Below are positions 52,001 through 63,270 of a stretch of DNA of 64,000 bases, in pieces (position 1 is the first letter of the stretch; each line of letters begins with the position of its first letter). Below the pieces are notes generated by a model that was not told the DNA's origin, did not search any database, and saw only the letters and a program-made list of their open reading frames with translations. Source of the DNA: Lama guanicoe. Taxonomy: Eukaryota. Made by a program: the position numbers and the translations under genes. The stretch covers positions 315,496 to 379,495 of the forward strand of contig MU053416.1 of NCBI GenBank assembly GCA_013239625.1, in the 5' to 3' direction.

Positions 52001-53952
52001 GTGGAGTATTTCCTCATTTTTCTGTCTTTGCCCTTTAATTTTGTATGCCCCTTCAATGCTGTATCCTATTTGGGGCCTTATTTTTTTTTAACTAAAAAAT
52101 GTCTGTTAGCAGTTAAGAAAACAAAGGGAAAAATGCACATAATACCTAAATTTAGATAATATCTAGTGTGTTTTCTGTCTCGGCAATGGAGGGTTCTAGA
52201 AACTCGTGAAAATCTTCATTACACAAGTTCCTTAAAATGCTGACTAAGAAATAATACCTTCCTTCCTTATCTTTCAAGCTGCACAGCTAATTGTCAAGAA
52301 AGTGAGGGGGAAATTCTCAGAAGCCAAGACAAACCAGATAGCAGGGATTCTGGGAGATAAACGAGGCTTAGAAGCCCTGGGGGGCTGGTTGGCTCCTGAG
52401 CTGAGTTTCAGTTGTCCTGACAGGAGGGCAGGATGTGAGCCCCAGGCCTCTCACACTGGGTGTTGGATGGCTGATCTTATTTAAGTCCAAGCCCATCTTG
52501 AGAAGCATGCTTTACTAAAGGGTGATCTGGGAAAAATTTCCTCAAGGCAAGAAAGTAAGCAAAGTCAATTTTGTTGGAAGAGGGGAAAAATAACAAATCC
52601 AATGTAAGGATATAGTTTAAAGCTGTTCTAGCATGAGAGTGACCACAAACTCCTCGCAGAAAAGCACAGCTAATCCTGGAATTAGAAGTTGTGTTTTGAA
52701 TGAATCAGTGAACAGCCATTCTGAAAAATGCCTCCAGAGTCTTGTGGATCAAGATACTGGACCACAAACACCTCTCTTCCAAGGTCTAATTCAAATAACC
52801 AGAAAGATATTAAAGGAAAGAAGCCATAATCACAGTTCTATTTATGGACATTACTATATGCTAGGAATTCAGATGTGACCATGGAGTTGTCTCCTCTTTT
52901 ATGGACCTTAATTTCTCTTTATGGAGACAAACTGACATAGCTGGGGAGCTTGGTGGAGGGAGGTGTTAGTCTGTTGGTATTAGCCAGGAGAGGAGATTAA
53001 GAAAGCAGTGAAGGGTGGCTGAACTTTTTAGCTGAGAACAGTCTTGTTCAGTTGGCTTTTAATTGCAGGCTCGATGAGTTGTCACTGGAGGGAATAGATC
53101 TTACGGATGATGGACTTAGCTCAGGCCTCTTTAGAATGGACAAGTGAACCTGGAGAAAGACAGTCAAATCTGTGCAGGCATTAAATTTCAGTTGAAAGTG
53201 CTCCATCCCTGAGCCAAAGATAGGACAAATATGCAGCACTTCTTGAGGACAGCAGAGTGGTTTTTAAGGTTCTCCAAGAATGATTCCTAGGGGAACCGAG
53301 ATGGCCAGTTGTCAAACTGTGACTTTGCTCTTTCGACGGTGTACCCACCAAGGGTATTAGCCTTTTAGAGGTTTCCATTTCTCTTTAATACTTGTCAGGT
53401 GATGAGGACGTGGGCACAAGCGTTTGACACCTTGTCGAGGTGACTTTGGGTACCTGCCTAGAAGCACGGGCACAGTTGGGGCTGTGTCATACATCTTGCC
53501 GCCCATCCTGTTCCCCGGCTCCGTGATCATGGCAGAGTGGTTCCTTATTGACCTGCCCGTCTCCTCTGTGACATCATAAACCATGAAAAGACTGAAGTGT
53601 ATTAACTTGGCTTTGTTAAATTCAAAGCAACAGATCTAATATGGACTCAGATTTGTTCTTTCCTATTACAGTAGTGCCATGGAGAAGGCACTTTGGGAAG
53701 CTTTTTGTAGGGTCCTGGAAGCTTTCTCTCTCAGCCTCTGGGCACCTCTATTGAAAATCATCATAGCTTTCTGGCCTGCTAGAAAACCACTCTGCCTGTT
53801 TTGCCCTGAAGATGTGTTCGGTTTATAACTCATCTCTACTCCTTGCAAAACAACTCAATAAAAACTCAGTTGGTTTTCCACCAGCCATGGGCAGGGGTGA
53901 GGGATAGCTTGTTTTTATTTTATAAAATACTACTACTAGTATTATTACTACT

Positions 53953-53954
<2 letters not shown>

Positions 53955-54004
<50 letters not shown>
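53955..54004. repeat. (AAT)n microsatellite
   Basis: About 16 perfect AAT units. Confidence 0.97.
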
Positions 54005-54007
<3 letters not shown>

Positions 54008-54386
54008 TGTGTCTTAAAACAGCACTGGGCACATAGGAGAGAGCCAATAAATGCTTCCTGGCTTAAATCAAAAGTGATGGCTCAGTGATTCCATGGCTGC
54101 TGTATTTGCTGAGGCTGTTACTCCATTGCTCCATTACACTTTTTTTATCTGAAAAATAAATACATGCATATGGTTAAAATATTCAAACAGCATAAAAATA
54201 CACAAGTGAAAGAAGTTTTCCCTCATCCTCTGTTCTTTCAGCCCTCACTGGAGATGTCACATTTTACTATCCTTTGTGTGCTTTTCCAGATATGCTATGC
54301 ACATTCCCACCTATGTATGTAAATTTCTTTAAAGTTTCAGTTATTTTTAACTTAAAGGGATTTAAATTCTCAAGTGGCTTCTTCCC

Positions 54387-54871
54387 GGTAATAGAAAAAA
54401 AGAAATCTGACTCCATATTAGATCTGTTCCTTTGATTTTAACCCTGTGCTCTGTCTCCTAGGCTTCATCTTGCTTGTAAAACAATGTTGCCTAGAGCCTG
54501 AAATATACAGGAGAGCCTATTCTGAAGGCTCTGATCTTTAAGGGTATTTAACACTTTTTCATTCATAAAAAGATAACAAGTTGCAGAATAGAAAATAACT
54601 TTTTTTTTTTTTGGAGGTTTACAGAAATCTGACCCAGGCAGATAACTGCAGGAACAAATGATTCTAACAACAAAGAATTCCTACATCAAGAAGTTTTCAA
54701 CAACCAAGCACGTAGGAAATGAGCCTGAATTCTGACTTTCGGAGATGGTTTTCCAGGACATTAGTTTGCCATCTAGGTCTACAGAAACTTGCTATTCCAT
54801 GCCCCAACACCTGGTCTCCCAACTTATTGGCCTGTCCTGCACTGAGGAGAATGAATTTGGACTCGGTAACA
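54387..54871 (+). mobile_element. ERV1-class solo LTR, same family as 20259-20797, opposite orientation
   Basis: gaaatctgactccatattagatc...gccccaacacctggtctcccaacttattggcctgtc...tttggactcggtaaca is the reverse complement of the 20.3-kb LTR. Confidence 0.85.
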
Positions 54872-55489
54872 CTCCTATCTACCTAGCAAGCTGGGCACTG
54901 GAACTGAGGACAACACTCCCACACCCAGGGACCTACTGTGAGCCCTTGATGGTTCCCCTTGGGTGTGGTGTGGTTTACTCTGGAGGGATGGGGACTATGC
55001 ACCAACACTCAGGCAGTCTGCTCCCTCTGGGGCTCTGAACTTGTACCTCCTGCTCCCGGCCAGCCCAACACCTGGGACAGTGGAGCTAAGGCACAGATCT
55101 TGCCTGCCTGTTTCCCAGCTTGAAAAGGGGAATGTGTACTCTTCTCAAGGTATTTCTGAGCGACAACACCTGTGGGTGCTTGGTTCCCAGAGCAACAGAA
55201 AACCCAGCTCCGAGTGGCAGCAACGGGTGTGATCCCCAAAGGGATTCTGCAGAGGCATCGGCTGGAGGGCTGGACCTGGGAGGTAAAACTTGAGCTGCGG
55301 GCCTTGAAGGGTTAGAGAAGGGTATAGAGGCAGGCCTGCCTTCTCCTTCGGGGTGTCCCCAGAGGTAAAGCTTTTTCTCTCCATCTCCACAACTCCTCTC
55401 CCCTCTCCAGATCCCTCCCTTCTTTCTGCTCCTCCTGTCCATCTCACTCCACTTTTACCCTCCTCCCCTCCTCCTCCCATCTTCTCCCT

Positions 55490-56210
55490 CCCTCGCATCC
55501 CCAGCTTCCCTCGCAGAACACAGAGAGGATCGCTGGCCCTCCTCTGTATGCGCAGTCGGTGCCAGCTTGACCGCGGGTTGGAAGCTCCAGCACCAAATCG
55601 GGGATCGGCCCCAAAGGCTTCTCAGCTCTGTTGCCCGGTAGGCCTTTGGCTCCTGCCCCGTGTCGAGGCCTCTGGCTGTGGAAGTGCAAGGTGGGGGCTC
55701 CCGGGAAAGGGGTCAGGCGGCTGCGGGAGGGTGGTCCGCGTGTCACAGCCCATGAGAGCGTGAGTCAGCTTGTGTTCAGCTGAATTTCTCGGGCTAGCCC
55801 CCTCTGTGCGAGCCACCTGCCCCGGCATCCCGGCCACACCGGTCCATGACCAAGTGTGCACCTGCCGCCTCTCGCCCCAGCCGGGTACCCTCAGTCCGTG
55901 GCTGGCGTCCCATTCCCCTCTCCCACCCGCGAGTCCTCTCCTCCTGGGCTTCCTCTCCTTGGCCACCGACCCGTCCCCGCCCCTGGGCAGGCAGTGTCCC
56001 TGGCCGGCGGGGTCCGCGGACCCGGACGGGGGCGGGCGGCTGGGGCTGGGGCTGGCCTCTGAGAGGGGCTGCAGCCCACGTGCCCCCAACGGCCCCCCAC
56101 TTTCCCTGCCCCACGACTTTGGGGCTGCACTCCTCCCCATTTCCTGCTTCCTTAGGTCCAGCACAGCAGCATGTGCGCTGCTCCCTGGGCTGAGAGCCTC
56201 CGGTTGTATA
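55490..56210 (+). promoter_or_regulatory. Eroded CpG island; probable TRAPPC9-derived promoter / non-coding exon 1
   Basis: The most GC/CpG-rich stretch in the window, with GC boxes (ggggcgggcggc ~56029) and a candidate donor gagagc|gtgagt at 55759/55760. It lies ~6.4 kb (4.1 kb without the L1) upstream of the exon 2 copy. Identity as exon 1 is inferred from position. Confidence 0.6.
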
Positions 56211-56416
56211 GCCCTGCTTCTCCTGGTGGAGTCAGGAAAAGGGAGAATCAGTGCTAAGAGAGCTTCCATCTCCTCCCTCAGTATTTCTGCCCCAGGTAAT
56301 TTCCTTTAGCACTTTCAGGTGTTATGATGGCTGTGCTTGTTGTTGTCACGTGTTTTTATAGTGAGAGGGATTACAGTGTTGAAAGCAGGGCTTGGTTCAG
56401 TTAAAAATGAGCTGAA

Positions 56417-58690
56417 CTCTCGCCAAAGTGGGTATAGAGGGAACATATCTCCACATAATAAAAGCTATATATAACAAACCTACAGCCAGCATAGTATTCA
56501 ACAGTGAAAAACTCAAAAGCTTCCCACTAAAATCTGGGACAAGACAAGGATACCCAATATCACCCATCCTATTCAACATAGTCCTGGAAGTACTAGCCAC
56601 AGCAGTAAGGTGAGAGAAAGAAATAAAATGGATCCAAATTGGAAAAGAAGTGGTAAAAGTGTCATTATATGCTGATGACATGCTACTATATGTAGAAAAC
56701 CCAAAAAGGTCCACACAAAAGCTACTAGAGCTGATTAAAGAATTCAAGATAACAGGTTACAAAATTAAAGTTCAAAAATCAGTTGCATTTCTTTACACAA
56801 ATGATAAATCAACAGAAAAAGAAAGTAAAGAAACAATCCCCTTTAAAATAGCACCCAAAGTAATAAAATATTTGGGAATAAATCTAACCAAGGAGGTGAA
56901 AGAAGTATACACAGAAAACTATAAACCATTGATGAAGGAAATTAAAGAAGACATTAAAAAATGGAAAGATATTCCATTCTCGTGGATTGGAAGAATCAAT
57001 ATTGTAAAAATGGTCACACTGCCCAAGGCAATCTACAGATTTAATGCAAACCCTATCCAATTACCCAGGACATATTTCACAGAACTAGAACAAATCATAA
57101 TAAAATTTATATGCAACCATCAAAGACCTAGAATTGCCAAAGCATTACTGAAGAGAAAGAAAGAGGCTGGAGGAATAACTCTCCCAGACTTCAGACAATA
57201 CTATAGAGCTACAGTCATCAAGACAGCATGCTATTGGTACCAAAACAGACATATAGACCAATGGAACAGAATAGAGAGCCCAGAAATGAACCCACAAACT
57301 TTTGGTCAACTCATCTTCGACAAAGGAGGCAAGAATATACAATGGAATAAAGACAGTCTCTTCAGCAAATGGTGTTGGGAAAACTGGACAGCAGCATGTA
57401 AAACAATGAAGCTAGAACACTCCCTTACACCATATACAAAAATCAACTCAAAATGGATTAAATACTTAAACATAAGACAAGATACAATAAACCTCCTAGA
57501 GGAAAACATAGGCAAAACATTATCTGACATACATTTCAAAAATTTTCTCCTAGAAGAAATAAAAGCAAGAATAAACAAATGGGACCTAATGAAACTTACA
57601 AGCTTCTGCAGAGCAAAGGAAACCAGAAATAAAACAAGAAGAAAACCTACGGAATGGGAGAAAATTTTTGCAAGTGAAACCGACAAAGGCTTGATCTCCA
57701 GAATATATAAGCAGCTCATATGACTCAATAAGAAAAAAATAAACAACCCAATCCAAAAATGGGCAGAAGACCTAAACAAGCAATTCTCCAAAGAAGACAT
57801 ACAAATGATCAAAAAGCACATGAAAAAATGCTCAATATCACTAATTATCAGAGAAATGCAAATCAAAACTACAATGAGGTATCACCTCACACCAGTCAGA
57901 ATGGCCGTCATTCAAAAATCCACAAATGACAAATGCTGGAGAGGCTGTGGAGAAAGGGGAACCCTCCTACACTGCTGGTGGGAATGCAGTTTGGTGCAGC
58001 CACTGTGGAAAACAGTGTGGAGATTCCTCAAAAGACTAGGAATAGACTTACCATATGACCCAGGAATCCCACTCCTGCACTTGTATCCAGAAGGAAATCT
58101 ACATCAGGATGACACCTGCACACTAATGTTCATAGCAGCACTATTTACAATAGCCAAAACATGGAAACAGCCTAAATGTCCATCAACAGGTGACTGGATA
58201 AAGAAGATGTGGTATATTTATACAATGGAATACTACTCAGCCATAAAAACTGACAACATAATGGCATTTGCAGCAACATGGATGCTCCTAGAGAATGTCA
58301 TTCTAAGTGAAGTAAGCCAGAAAGCAAAAGAAAAATACCATATGAGATCACTCATATGTGGAATCTAAAAAACTAAAACTAAAACTAAGAAACAAACAAA
58401 AACAAAGCATAAATACAGGAGAGAAATAGACTCATGGACAGAGAATACAGACTTGTGGTTCCCAGGAGGGTAGAGAGTGGGAAGGGATAGACTGGGATTT
58501 CAAAATTATATAATAGGTAAACAAGATTACACTGTATAACACAGGGAAATATACAGAAAATGTTATGATAAATCACAGAGAGAAATTTGACAATGAATGT
58601 GTATATGTCCATGAATGAGTGAAAAATTGTGCTGAACACTGGAATTTGACACAACATTGTAAAATGATTATAAATCAATAAAAAATGTTA
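56417..58690 (+). mobile_element. Young 5'-truncated LINE-1 (RT to 3'UTR)
   Basis: ORF2 RT and C-terminal domains ([24 protein letters not shown]), stops at ~56611 and 57721. Perfect TSD aaaaatgagctgaa (56403-56416 / 58691-58704) at a canonical TT|AAAA site. AATAAA at 58677. Confidence 0.97.
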
Positions 58691-59149
58691 AAAAATGAGC
58701 TGAAGGCATGAGACTGTGACATCCTCCTTCCTTCCCTCTCCCAGGGTGATAAGTGTGACCGTCGATTTTAGAAAGATAGTTACAGTCCCTAAGCTAGCCC
58801 AGCCCAGCTAGTGTGAGTTAACAGGAACAGCACCACCAGAGTTGTTGGAGACCCAGGGACATTGCAGTCCTAAAAAGTACCTGGCACAGTTTGGTTTCTT
58901 TTGGTTTTTTGTTTTTCTTAAATTGTGGAGCAGACTACTTGTATAGTGGGAAAAATAATTGACAAGAAATATTTTTTCATATAACAGCTTTATTGTGCTA
59001 TTGTTCACACACCATGAAGTCCATCCATTTAAATGGTAAAATTGAACAGCGTTTAGTATATTCACAGTTGTGCAACCATTATTATTCCAGAAAGTTTTCA
59101 TCACTTAAGGAGATTACAGTGTTCTTTTATTTTTTCTTAGTGGCGTTGC

Positions 59150-59430
59150 TTTTATTTTTACTTATTTTTTTAAATTATTTTTTATTGAAGTGTAGTCAAT
59201 TTACAATGTTAGTTTCAGGTGTACAGCAGAGATTCAGTTATAAATATATGCATATGTATATACATATGTTTAAGATTATTTTTAGTATAACTCATTATAA
59301 GAAATTTTATATAGTTCCTTGTGTTATATAGTAGGTCCTTGTCATTTATTTTATACTTATTAATGTGTATCTGTTAATCCCCCTTTTCCTGCCTGCTTAT
59401 CACAGTTTGCTTTCTATGTCCATGAGTCCA
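59150..59430 (-). mobile_element. Short L1 3'-end fragment
   Basis: ttattgaagtgtagtcaatttacaatgttagtttcaggtgtacagca..gattcagttata: artiodactyl-type L1 3' terminus. Confidence 0.7.
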
Positions 59431-61579
59431 TTTCTAGCAGCACCGTTTTTCCTAGTAATATATGCTGGTTGGCTGCTTTCAGTTTCAGTAATTCCATCTT
59501 ATCTGTGGGTATTTTTCTTCTGGTGGGCCTGTATGTGGTTTGCACACGTGGTAATATAGATCTGTATTTGGGAGAACTCCAGGCCTCGTGTAGTACCTGG
59601 TACAGATTGCTCACTAAGCTGATGCTTGAACTGGGAGAAAAGCATAGTAAATATTGGAATTTCCACTATGGTTGAGACTTCCAGGTTTCTATAACCTGTT
59701 TAGCCCACCTTAATATTGGCTGCACCCATACTGGGTAATTTGATGGAACTTCATGATACGGTAGTGTAGAGACAGGGCCATGTATGTTTCTTCTATTTAC
59801 TTTTTCTAACATTCATTCTCCTGGGTCTCCCAGATCCTCCCCCAGCAGTGCCCAGGGCTGGCTTGGTGCTGTGCTGAGGCAATATTTGTTAGTAAGACCC
59901 TTTCCTCATCTCTTCTGAGCCTCCTTTTCCTTCTCTGCACAATGAGGGCTTAGACTAGATAAGTGCTTTTCAGTTTCTTTTAAAGCCATGTTTCCCTTGA
60001 GAAACAGAAAATGCAAATCTCTCCTCCCATCCCAACCCTTTAGATTTTGATACGTCCTCCAAGGAGTGACATAGCTGTTTGTGGAAAATTGATGTGAATG
60101 TGATTCCAGGTGGCACGGGAAAGACTCTTCAGAGATTTATTGCAGGGAGAATACAGGGAAGGGGCAGTATGTCACACTTTCTACTGTGAGCACTGGAGCA
60201 GGGACTTGGGTTTAAATACGGTGTCTGACGTGGCCTCTCTCTAATCTTGCACAATGTGATAAACCTCTCTCTTTCAGTTTCTTAATGTGTCAAGTTGGGG
60301 TGATAATATTTTAGGGCTTTTGTGAAACATACACATAAGCCATTTGTGTCTCGGTAGAAACAAGACCTGCTTGGGAGTCAGGGATTTTTAAAAAACAAAA
60401 ATCTTGTTCATAGCACCCTGTGTGTGTTTTGAAGTTTCTGGAGGGTGAGGGATGAATCTAAAGTCCATCTTGGGACAGGTGGCCCATGGGTCTGTGTGCC
60501 CCAGATTGCCCCCTCCTCCCCAGTCCTCTTCCTCTCAGTCCAGGATGAAGTTCCCTAGTAGATTTACACAGAGGTCTTGTGGAAATGGCTTTTCATTTTA
60601 TTGTTTCACCAAGAAGGGCAATTGGGGGTTTCTATGTGGTAACAAATACAAAATTAGACCTAGGGTGGTGACAGGGGCTCTTGGAAGTGGGGACCATTAG
60701 CTTTGTTAGCTTCAGGTGCAGTGGCCTCTGGCCACGAGGACCCATCCTCGTGCTCTGAAGCTGGAGGGACCAGTGGGTTCAGTCAAAATTTTAACTGAGT
60801 GTATCTCATGGGCTGGGCATTGTCCTATTTGTACTGTGGGTTCCTTATTTGAGACAGTGAGCTCATGGAATCTCAATAGCCACTTTAAAAAATTAGACTT
60901 TTTATTTTAAGGTGTAATGTAGACTCCCATGTAGTTGTAAGAGATAATATGGAGAGGGCCTTTGGGCTCTTTGCCCAATTTTCCTTAATGGTTCCATCTT
61001 GCAAAGTTGGGGTACAATTAATTACTGACTCACTAACCTTTTGAGGCTTCTGTTATTGCCCTCATTTCTATTCATGATTAAACTGGGGCTTAGAGAAGCA
61101 CACAGGCCTGCCCAGGTCACCCACATGGTTAGTGTAGAGTCGGGTGCAACGTGGGCTTGGGATTTCCAGACAGTACAATTATGATGGTCTTTTGCAGGGA
61201 GCAGCATTCACTTTGCTTGTTTATTCATTCATTCAACAAACATTTATTGAGTAACCTCTGTGGGTCAGATGCTTACATAGGGTTATCTGATTCTTCAGCA
61301 GTACTGAGAATCAGCTAATGTTTTCTTTTTTTAATCTGAGAAAATTAGCTCTGAGAGGTCATAAGCCCCCCAAAGGAAATATAGCTCATAAAGGAGGGAT
61401 ACTAAATTTGCACAGTCCCCTCTTTTTATGCAGGTTTTGCCCTAGGCATTCTACATTTGCAAACTTCCGTAATCCAGATATATTCTTGTAAGGAAAGGAT
61501 TTTTTTTAATGGAAGTATAGTCAATTTTACAGTGTTGTGTCAATTGCAAGGTGTTTTTTGAATTTTGAATTAAAAAAAT

Positions 61580-61706
61580 ATTTTTTGAGGAGGGTAATTA
61601 TGTTTATTTATTTGTTTCATTTTTTAAAATGAGGTACTGGGGATTGGACCCAGGACCTCTTACATGCTAGTCACATACTCTACCACTGAACTGTACCCTC
61701 CTTCCC
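61580..61706 (-). mobile_element. Vic-1-type camelid SINE
   Basis: gaggtactggggattggacccaggacctcttacatgctagtcacatactctaccactgaactgtaccctcc is an antisense tRNA-Ala-like head. Confidence 0.85.
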
Positions 61707-62138
61707 AAGATAAGTTTTCTTATCCATTATTCTGGAGCTTAGGACTTCAAATAAATTCGAGTTGAAATCCAGTTCTTCTGATCCCACTGAGGTTCTTTTC
61801 TTTATATTCTGCTGAAGGGGGGTGGGGAAAGCAGTTCCTTTGTTCATTTTTTTATTCAGCAGTTTTGAGCACTGACTTTGCATCAGAGCCTGGCTAGGTG
61901 CTTGGAAACAGAAAACAAGAAATGACCCTTTTCTGCAGGGGCAGGAAGCCTAGACCATCAGCTGAGTATGTGGTCCGAAATACGGTAGCTATGTGCAGAC
62001 TCTGAGGAGAAACTGTACCCCTGGCTTTGCTTCGGCTTCCCTTGTCTTCTGGCTGGTACTCACCAGGTCAACGCAACCCAGTGGGACCCACAGCCCACAG
62101 CAAATTATGTACATTGGTCTCCTCTCCCCTCTCAGCAG

Positions 62139-62711
62139 GGCCTGAAACATGAGTATCCCTGACTATGTGCAGTTTGCTGAGGACTACGAGACTCTCCCCA
62201 TGGAGGTCCGACCCTTGGGGATCATCTCAGTGGAGGATTTCTTTTGTATCTATAAGCGAATCTCCTTGGTGAGCCAGGTCATCCCATGGGGCTCCCAGTG
62301 GGCACTCTGTATCCACTACAGGCACCACTATGCACCCGAGAATGGGTGGAGCATCTTCCAGACCAACTGCAAGGTCGTGGGCCTTGTCACCATTACCGAC
62401 TGCCTCTCGGCCAATGTCTTCGAGAAGCTCCACGTGCAAAGGAGCTGTATGGCACCATGCTTAATGACTCTCAGCTCTTTGTCTTTATGCTGCATGTGGA
62501 GGTAGCCGAGCAGCCACGCACCGATGTGGCCTTCAATCTACGAGGACTTCAGGGTGGTGGAGAAGAGGATCGAGGACTTCACTGAGTCTCTCTTCATCAT
62601 TCTCAAGTCCAAGTGGCTGGACAAGGCCGCTGACAATTCTGGGGACAAGATCCCCCTCCTCTGCATCCTGTTTGAGAAGGAGGACTTCATGGGACTGGAC
62701 ATAGACAGCAG
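62139..62711 (+). pseudogene. TRAPPC9: TRAPPC9-like exon 2 (first coding exon), diverged, two frameshifts
   Basis: Acceptor ctcccctctcagcag| 10 nt before the ATG (62149) and donor |gtaagt (62712). [45 protein letters not shown] / [21 protein letters not shown] / [36 protein letters not shown] matches the TRAPPC9 N-terminus. -1 nt at ~62438 and -5 nt at ~62536. Confidence 0.96.
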
Positions 62712-62945
62712 GTAAGTCTACCTGGAGGCCTGGGCACCCTGGCTGTGTGCCGGGTTTTTTTCCTACATCCGGAAATGAATCAGCAAGGAAGATGGCAGTC
62801 TTGTAGCCAAGGGGGAGGGAGGTGCATCCTGCCAGTTTACAGAGATTTAAAAGTGGAACTGCCTTTGTTTCAGAGATCCTTTTAGGGTTAGTGTGGACAC
62901 TTACTCCCGCTTTTCATCCAGGAACTTTTGTGGGACCCCTGGAGT

Positions 62946-63270
62946 TGCTGTCCAATAGAGTAGCCACAGCCACTGACGCTAGGAGCACTGGGGAGAAGGC
63001 TGGTCTTAGCTGAGATGTGCTGTAGGTCAAATGCACATCAGGTGCTAAGACTTGTCTAGTGAAAAGAATGTAATCTATGTTGTTACTTTCTATATTGATT
63101 ACATGTCAAAATGATAGTATTTTACATACAGTAGATTAAGTAATATCTGTTCTTAAAATCAGTTTCTAGTATTTGTGTGTTTTTTTGTTTGCTTGTTTGT
63201 TTACCATTTTAAATGTGGCAACTGGGAAACTTTCTTTACATGGCTCTCATTTCATTCCTGTTGGGTAGCC
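62946..63270. mobile_element. hAT-Charlie MITE (MER33-like)
   Basis: gctgtccaatagagtagccac...tgagatgtgctgta...ttctatattgattacatg..aaatgata...tttaaatgtggc...catttc.ttcctgttgggtagc resembles MER33. Confidence 0.7.

Noticed and set aside
53069..53147. Exon-like segment reading LDELSLEGIDLTDDGLSSGLFRMDK*
   Set aside because: Weak donor, no recognisable homology and no supporting neighbouring exons.
53823..54088. Poly-Leu / poly-Ile ORFs resembling membrane peptides
   Set aside because: Translation of the (AAT)n microsatellite.
43000..55000. TRAPPC9 exon 8 (LSEEEKIQRY..GFHRKSAFFKRVAAMQCV)
   Set aside because: Searched by eye on the + strand and found no match. A very decayed copy cannot be fully excluded without alignment.
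55086..56309. Cluster of 100-215 aa overlapping ORFs on both strands
   Set aside because: Expected by-product of GC-rich, stop-poor CpG-island sequence. Pro/Gly/Arg-rich with no recognisable domain.
61630..61706. tRNA-Ala gene (also at 6.1 kb and 45.7 kb)
   Set aside because: Degenerate stems and attached AT-rich tails identify these as SINE heads.
7043..62711. Processed (retro) pseudogene of TRAPPC9
   Set aside because: Exons are separated by multi-kb introns and keep their AG/GT splice sites.
62149..62715. Functional TRAPPC9 gene
   Set aside because: Two frameshifts, an in-path TAG, deletions and far more amino-acid divergence than true orthologues show. The upstream exon copies are also disabled.
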